64,000 nucleotides of DNA from an uncultured Heliomicrobium sp. (GTDB taxonomy: Bacteria; Acidobacteriota; Blastocatellia; RBC074): positions 2,114-66,113 of the forward strand of contig CAZMXG010000008.1 in the NCBI GenBank assembly GCA_964570175.1. The letters are read 5' to 3'. The notes beneath the pieces are model-generated. The model did not search any database. It was not told the DNA's origin and was given only the letters and a program-made list of their open reading frames with translations. Shown piece by piece: positions 59,574 through 64,000 of the stretch. Both the position numbers and the translations under genes were made by a program. Each line of letters begins with the position of its first letter. Position 1 is the stretch's first letter.

Positions 59574-62500
59574 ATGAAGAATCGAACCGTTTCTGCATTT
59601 TTAATGCTTTGTATTTCGTTGCTCCTCCTGGCGGGACAGGCTCTTGCACAGGGAACGACTTCACGTGTGACAGGAACAGTGACGGACGCGACTGGCGCTG
59701 TGGTTTCCGGTGCAACTGTAACCCTGACGAACGAAGCGACCAACATTTCGTTTACCACGCAATCTGCCAGCACTGGCGCGTACACGTTTGACCTGATTAC
59801 ACCCGGGACCTACAAGGTTGCGGTCGAAAAGGCAGGCTTCAAAAAGATCGTTTCCACAGGAAACGTAGTGCAAATCAATCAGCCTGCGACGATCAACGTC
59901 ACCATGCAGGTGGGTGATGTGTCTGCAATTGTTTCGGTCGAAGCGACGGCAGAAGCCGTGCAGACCAGCAGTTCCGGCAACATTGGCAGCACCATTGACC
60001 AGAAAACACTGGTCAGTTTGCCGATTGTGGGAACACGCGGACGCAATCCACTGGATTTGCTGAACTTTCAGCCGGGTGTTGTCACTGGAGGAAATACCGG
60101 CGGCGGGGTGAACGTTCACGGTTCACGCGACCGTGCATTCAACTTTACGCTGGACGGCGTTGACGTAAACGAATCCAGCGCGGGCGGATCGAACTTCACC
60201 CCTTTGCGCGTGAATCCGGATTCGCTGCAGGAGTTCCAGGTTGTAACCGGCAGCTTCACAGCAGAACTCGGCCGCAGCAGCGGTGCGCAAGTGACGATGG
60301 TTACCCGATCCGGGACCAATGAAATTCACGGCAATGCCTTTGAGTTCTATCAAACGCCGCGTTTCAACGCGAAAAGCTACACCGGCAACATCAACAATTT
60401 GCCAAAGGACCAATTCGTCCAGCACATCTTTGGCGGCAGCGTCGGCGGCCCCATCATCAAAGACAAGTTTTTCTATTTCGCCAACCTGCAAATGTTACGC
60501 GCTTACGACACGGCGCTGGTGACACGAACGGTTTACACGCAGTCACTGCGTTCGGGATTGTTCCGCTACGTCGTCGGCAGAGCGAACGCGCCGAATGGCA
60601 CAGCGACAGCCGCAGTGGATGCCAGCGGCGCTCCTGTGTTACCGCCTTGCAGCGCGACTGTGACGACGCTTTGCATTGCCAGCTACAATGTCGCTGCCAA
60701 TCCTGCCGGGATCACACCGGATCAAACTTTGCTGGCGGCGATTACCGCGCAGCCCCTGCCCAACAATTTCAACACGGGCGACGGACTGAACACAGCGGGA
60801 TTCAACTTTGCGTCCCCGCAACATGAAAAGCAGTACGACCTGGTTACCCGGTTCGATTATTCGCTCAACGAAAAGAATTTGTTTTATGTGCGCTATGCGC
60901 AGGGCGAACAAAACAGTCTTGGCGATTCTGCCAATGCTGGTCGCCCGATTTTTCCAAATTCACCGAACTTCGTGAATACGTACCGCGATCCGAAAAACCT
61001 GGCGATCAATTATCGCTGGTCGCCGACGAACCGGTTTATCAACGAATTCATTTTGGGGCTGAATAAATTCGCTTTCAGTTTCGACACAGAAAAGCCAGAC
61101 CCCAGTATCCCGTACTCCTTCCTGGATATTGCCACGGCAAACACAAACTTTGTTCGCAATGCGCGCCGCCTGCAAACCTGGCAATACATTGACAACATCA
61201 CACTGGATTATTCGCCGCACGTCATCAAAGCAGGCGTCAACTTCCGCTTTGGCCGCCAGATTGACGATCGTTCGTCGGTGGCGGGCGCTGGTTTGGAACC
61301 GACAGTAACTTTTAGCGGCGCGGCTGGCTACACGGCGTTCAATTTGCCAGCGTCCGGCAATACAGGCATTAACGCGAATGATTTAACCAGATTGCAAAAT
61401 GCGATCAACAACCAGCTTGGGCGTGTTGGCACGGTTTCCCAGGCATTTGTTTCCGATCCGAATAACCCAAGCCAGTTTGCGCCGCTCGGCACTCGCTGGA
61501 ATTTCACGGCGAAATATCCGGAACTGGATTTTTACGGACAGGATAGCTGGAGAATCAAACCAAATCTGTTGCTGGACCTTGGCGTTCGTTGGGAAGCCAA
61601 GCTGAATCCGAGCTCCGACGGTCGCCCGATTCTGGTTCCCAATCAGCCGTTCACATTGGGTTCGGCTCCCAGCAACACACTGAAATGGGTTGCGGGCGAT
61701 TTGTTCAAGAACGATTTCAAAAAGATTCTGCCTTCGATTGGGTTCGCCTGGGATCCATTCAAATCCGGCAAAACCTCGATCCGTGGTAACTACCGCATTG
61801 CTTCGGACCGCATTGCGACGCAATTGTTCGCCGCATCGATTTACCAGAACATTCCCGGCAACGCTTTAGGAGCCACGAACACTGCGTTTGGCCAGGGAGG
61901 CGGATTGTTCCGCAATGTCGCGCCGGTCATTTCGGCGTTGGCGCCATCTTCAACGCCCGAAGCGTTGCGTCAACCGGCAGCCTTTGGCGCAGGCTCGATT
62001 AACACTGTTGATCCGAATCTGGAATTTCCGCAAATCCATTCCTGGTCGCTGAGCTTCCAGAAAGAGGTGATGCGAAACACGATCTTTGAAGCCAACTACA
62101 TTGGCAAACACGGTGTTCATCTGCTGGGTGGTTACAACGCCAACCAGGTGAACATCAACGCCAAAGTCGCTGGCCAGAGCGAAAGTTTCCTGGATGCGTT
62201 CAACGCCATCCGGAACAATGCCAGTTACAACAGCCCATTGATCAACCTGATAATGTCTGGCAATGCGGCCAATAATGGCGGAACGACTCGATTCCGCGCA
62301 TTGAACCCGACTGCGTTGACGCAAGGCAGTGTTGCGGCGCTGGCGCTTGGGGTTTCGCAAAAGGTTTGCGTTGCGGCAGATGTCACCGCCGGAATTTGCA
62401 CGAATGCGCAATTGAACCAAAGGCTGCTGGATGTCAACGGCTTTAGTTCACTGCTGCAACCGTACGGGCAATTCACCGGCGGATTGAATGTGTTTGACAG

Positions 62501-63281
62501 CAACGACTATTCAAACTATCACGGTCTGGAATTGATCTTGCGCCGTCGCGTGAATACCGGATTGACCTTCCAGGTTGCATACACGTTGTCGAAGTCCCTG
62601 GACAATCGTTCGTGGGACCCGTCGTTGAGCACGGTTTCGACCGGCTCTGTGCAATCGGCTTCCAGCACGCCGTTTGACAACAGCAACCGCAGACTGAATT
62701 ACACCTGGTCGGATTTTGACCGGCGTCACGTTCTGCAAGGAACGTACCTGTACGAATTGCCTTTCGGCAACGGACGCAAGTTCGCCAACGGCATTCCCAG
62801 AGCGCTTGATCTGGCAATTGGCGGATGGCAGCTTGCGGGAACCTTGCTGGTCAGCTCTGGCCGACCTTTCACGGTGTATTCCGGCTTGACGACCTTCAGC
62901 AACGTGGTGAATTCGACGGCAGATTGTTCCGGCTGCACGCGCGATATGGGAAGCCTGATCGTTGAAAGCGGCAGGAATTTCTGGTTTGACTCAGCAGATC
63001 GGGCCAAATTCACGTCGCCCGCACCGGGTTCCATTGGCAACACCGGACGCAATTTCTTCCTGGAACCCAAGTATTTCCAAACTGATGCTTCGTTGAGCAA
63101 GCGGTTTCGGGTGACGGAAAGAATGAGCTTCGATTTGCGCGTGGATGCCAGAAACCTGACCAACACGCCGTCCTTTGCTGCCCCGACCGCCGTGCTGACT
63201 TCGACGATTTTCGGACGCATCAATGACAGCGTGAACAACGCCGCCCGAAGAGTGCAGTTCTCCGGCAAATTTAACTTCTAG
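59574..63281 (+). CDS. TonB-dependent outer-membrane receptor with an N-terminal CarboxypepD_reg-like domain
   Basis: 1235 aa. It has a signal peptide, then TGTVTDATGAVVSGATVTLTNEATN...YKVAVEKAGFKK, a plug region (GNIG...PLDLLNFQPGV), a beta-barrel with alternating pattern, and the terminus ...VQFSGKFNF. Confidence 0.9.
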   Translation: MKNRTVSAFLMLCISLLLLAGQALAQGTTSRVTGTVTDATGAVVSGATVTLTNEATNISFTTQSASTGAYTFDLITPGTYKVAVEKAGFKKIVSTGNVVQINQPATINVTMQVGDVSAIVSVEATAEAVQTSSSGNIGSTIDQKTLVSLPIVGTRGRNPLDLLNFQPGVVTGGNTGGGVNVHGSRDRAFNFTLDGVDVNESSAGGSNFTPLRVNPDSLQEFQVVTGSFTAELGRSSGAQVTMVTRSGTNEIHGNAFEFYQTPRFNAKSYTGNINNLPKDQFVQHIFGGSVGGPIIKDKFFYFANLQMLRAYDTALVTRTVYTQSLRSGLFRYVVGRANAPNGTATAAVDASGAPVLPPCSATVTTLCIASYNVAANPAGITPDQTLLAAITAQPLPNNFNTGDGLNTAGFNFASPQHEKQYDLVTRFDYSLNEKNLFYVRYAQGEQNSLGDSANAGRPIFPNSPNFVNTYRDPKNLAINYRWSPTNRFINEFILGLNKFAFSFDTEKPDPSIPYSFLDIATANTNFVRNARRLQTWQYIDNITLDYSPHVIKAGVNFRFGRQIDDRSSVAGAGLEPTVTFSGAAGYTAFNLPASGNTGINANDLTRLQNAINNQLGRVGTVSQAFVSDPNNPSQFAPLGTRWNFTAKYPELDFYGQDSWRIKPNLLLDLGVRWEAKLNPSSDGRPILVPNQPFTLGSAPSNTLKWVAGDLFKNDFKKILPSIGFAWDPFKSGKTSIRGNYRIASDRIATQLFAASIYQNIPGNALGATNTAFGQGGGLFRNVAPVISALAPSSTPEALRQPAAFGAGSINTVDPNLEFPQIHSWSLSFQKEVMRNTIFEANYIGKHGVHLLGGYNANQVNINAKVAGQSESFLDAFNAIRNNASYNSPLINLIMSGNAANNGGTTRFRALNPTALTQGSVAALALGVSQKVCVAADVTAGICTNAQLNQRLLDVNGFSSLLQPYGQFTGGLNVFDSNDYSNYHGLELILRRRVNTGLTFQVAYTLSKSLDNRSWDPSLSTVSTGSVQSASSTPFDNSNRRLNYTWSDFDRRHVLQGTYLYELPFGNGRKFANGIPRALDLAIGGWQLAGTLLVSSGRPFTVYSGLTTFSNVVNSTADCSGCTRDMGSLIVESGRNFWFDSADRAKFTSPAPGSIGNTGRNFFLEPKYFQTDASLSKRFRVTERMSFDLRVDARNLTNTPSFAAPTAVLTSTIFGRINDSVNNAARRVQFSGKFNF

Positions 63282-63316
63282 GCCAAGGAATTTCCGAGGC
63301 TGTTCAATGCCCAAGC

Positions 63317-63362
63317 GGCGAGCGATGAATCAAATGTTCATCGCTCGCCGTTTGGCTTTTTC
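63317..63362 (+). terminator. Rho-independent (bidirectional) terminator
   Basis: A perfect 13-bp stem, ggcgagcgatgaa-tcaaatg-ttcatcgctcgcc, is followed by gtttggctttttcttc. It sits between convergent genes. Confidence 0.75.
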
Positions 63363-63363
63363 T

Positions 63364-64000
63364 TCATTGCGCTCTGTGTCTGCGCCGCCAGTATTCAGAG
63401 CCTGGCCATCGCTGCTCCTGAGCGTATATCCGGTTCCGATTCCGGCTATATGCCATGTAAACACGGTCAATGTCTTCTTTGAAAGAAACCACTGCCCCAC
63501 GGTCTCCAGCCAACTCCTGGCAAAGAGCAGCCGCGACGCGCACTCCTCCATAAAGCGCCGTGAATATGCCCTGAGATGAGAGCGGATCCAGCGCAAGCGC
63601 CGCATCTCCAACTGCAACCCAGCCATCACCTGAAGAAGGAAACAAGCGTGAAGTACCGGCTGGGCCCCCACGAGGACCATATATCCTATGATAACAGCCT
63701 GTGGAAAGCCGCTTCTGGACGTGTTCCGTGTGCCTCACTGCTTCAGAAAAACCTGTCGCTCTCGATACAACACGCGCTATTTCTAAATCAGTATCGGTAA
63801 AAAAGGCTACGACCCTGCGCCTTCCTGGAATAGGCGCTGTATACCACCAGCCGTTTGGAGTCGCCTCAATCAGCGTCAACCGATCTTTGTCATCGGGACC
63901 ATCCTGGGCTGTTTCGTACAGCGCCGCCCAAGTCGCCTGATGATCCTCACGCACGGTGACTGCTCCAAATTGCCTGCTCACGTATGCCTTTCTCCCGGTC
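63364..64000 (-). CDS. FAD-dependent oxidoreductase (halogenase/LodB-like), C-terminal part; the 5' end lies beyond the window
   Basis: Contains GDGWVAVGDAALALDPLSSQGI (GDAAxxxDPxxxxGI FAD motif). The reading frame stays open to the window edge, so the Met at 63981 is probably internal. Confidence 0.6.
   Translation of the reverse strand, partial: TGRKAYVSRQFGAVTVREDHQATWAALYETAQDGPDDKDRLTLIEATPNGWWYTAPIPGRRRVVAFFTDTDLEIARVVSRATGFSEAVRHTEHVQKRLSTGCYHRIYGPRGGPAGTSRLFPSSGDGWVAVGDAALALDPLSSQGIFTALYGGVRVAAALCQELAGDRGAVVSFKEDIDRVYMAYSRNRNRIYAQEQRWPGSEYWRRRHRAQ

Overview
This is a densely coding 64-kb chromosomal segment. Its gene content points to an Acidobacteriota-type soil bacterium, which is an inference from content only: a PadR regulator next to an ADOP/FtsX-type permease, ECF-sigma genes coupled to Ser/Thr kinases instead of anti-sigmas, a TonB-dependent receptor with a CarboxypepD_reg N-terminus, and many Tat/Sec-signal hydrolases.

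Main blocks:
- 1-7.5 kb: secreted hydrolases, GNATs, a TolB-like propeller and an SRAP peptidase.
- 7.7-10.8 kb: PadR plus permease.
- 13-16.3 kb: SpoVR, an RlmI-like methyltransferase and FolK.
- 16.3-24.5 kb: an Rrf2-regulated suf Fe-S operon (sufB...sufC-sufD-sufS-sufU). It is interrupted between sufB and sufC by an MNT/HepT toxin-antitoxin pair, RidA, an orphan gene and DinB.
- 24.8-29.5 kb: an acyl desaturase followed by four consecutive GT2 glycosyltransferases.
- 30.8-37 kb: an aminotransferase, two tandem zinc-ribbon membrane paralogues, a PTPS-related membrane protein, a TIM-barrel isomerase and MutM.
- 37.7-44.1 kb: an FtsW/RodA - PP2C - Ser/Thr kinase - FhaA-like signalling cluster.
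- 49.3-55.9 kb: two tandem ECF-sigma/kinase modules.
- 55.9-59.3 kb: a bPH2 pair, Uma2 and a PPC-domain protein.
- 59.6-63.3 kb: a 1235-aa TonB-dependent receptor.

I recognised no rRNA, tRNA, CRISPR array, transposase or integrase.

The most unusual signal is not a gene. It is a population of short hairpin elements whose two arms are built from degenerate tandem 7-8-mers, purine/T-rich on the left and the complement on the right. They occur in three settings:
- As operon-internal spacers: sufS|sufU, sigma|kinase, aminotransferase|zinc-ribbon, and the esterase/TolB spacer.
- Twice as exact 81-bp (27-codon), same-phase, in-frame insertions inside two adjacent GT2 genes.
- Once as near-identical inverted arms enclosing a complete GxxExxY (PD-(D/E)XK-like) gene that sits between the kinase and FHA genes.

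A separate family of about 185-nt nested palindromic elements occurs twice. All calls come from reading translations and motifs by eye. No searches or folding programs were run.
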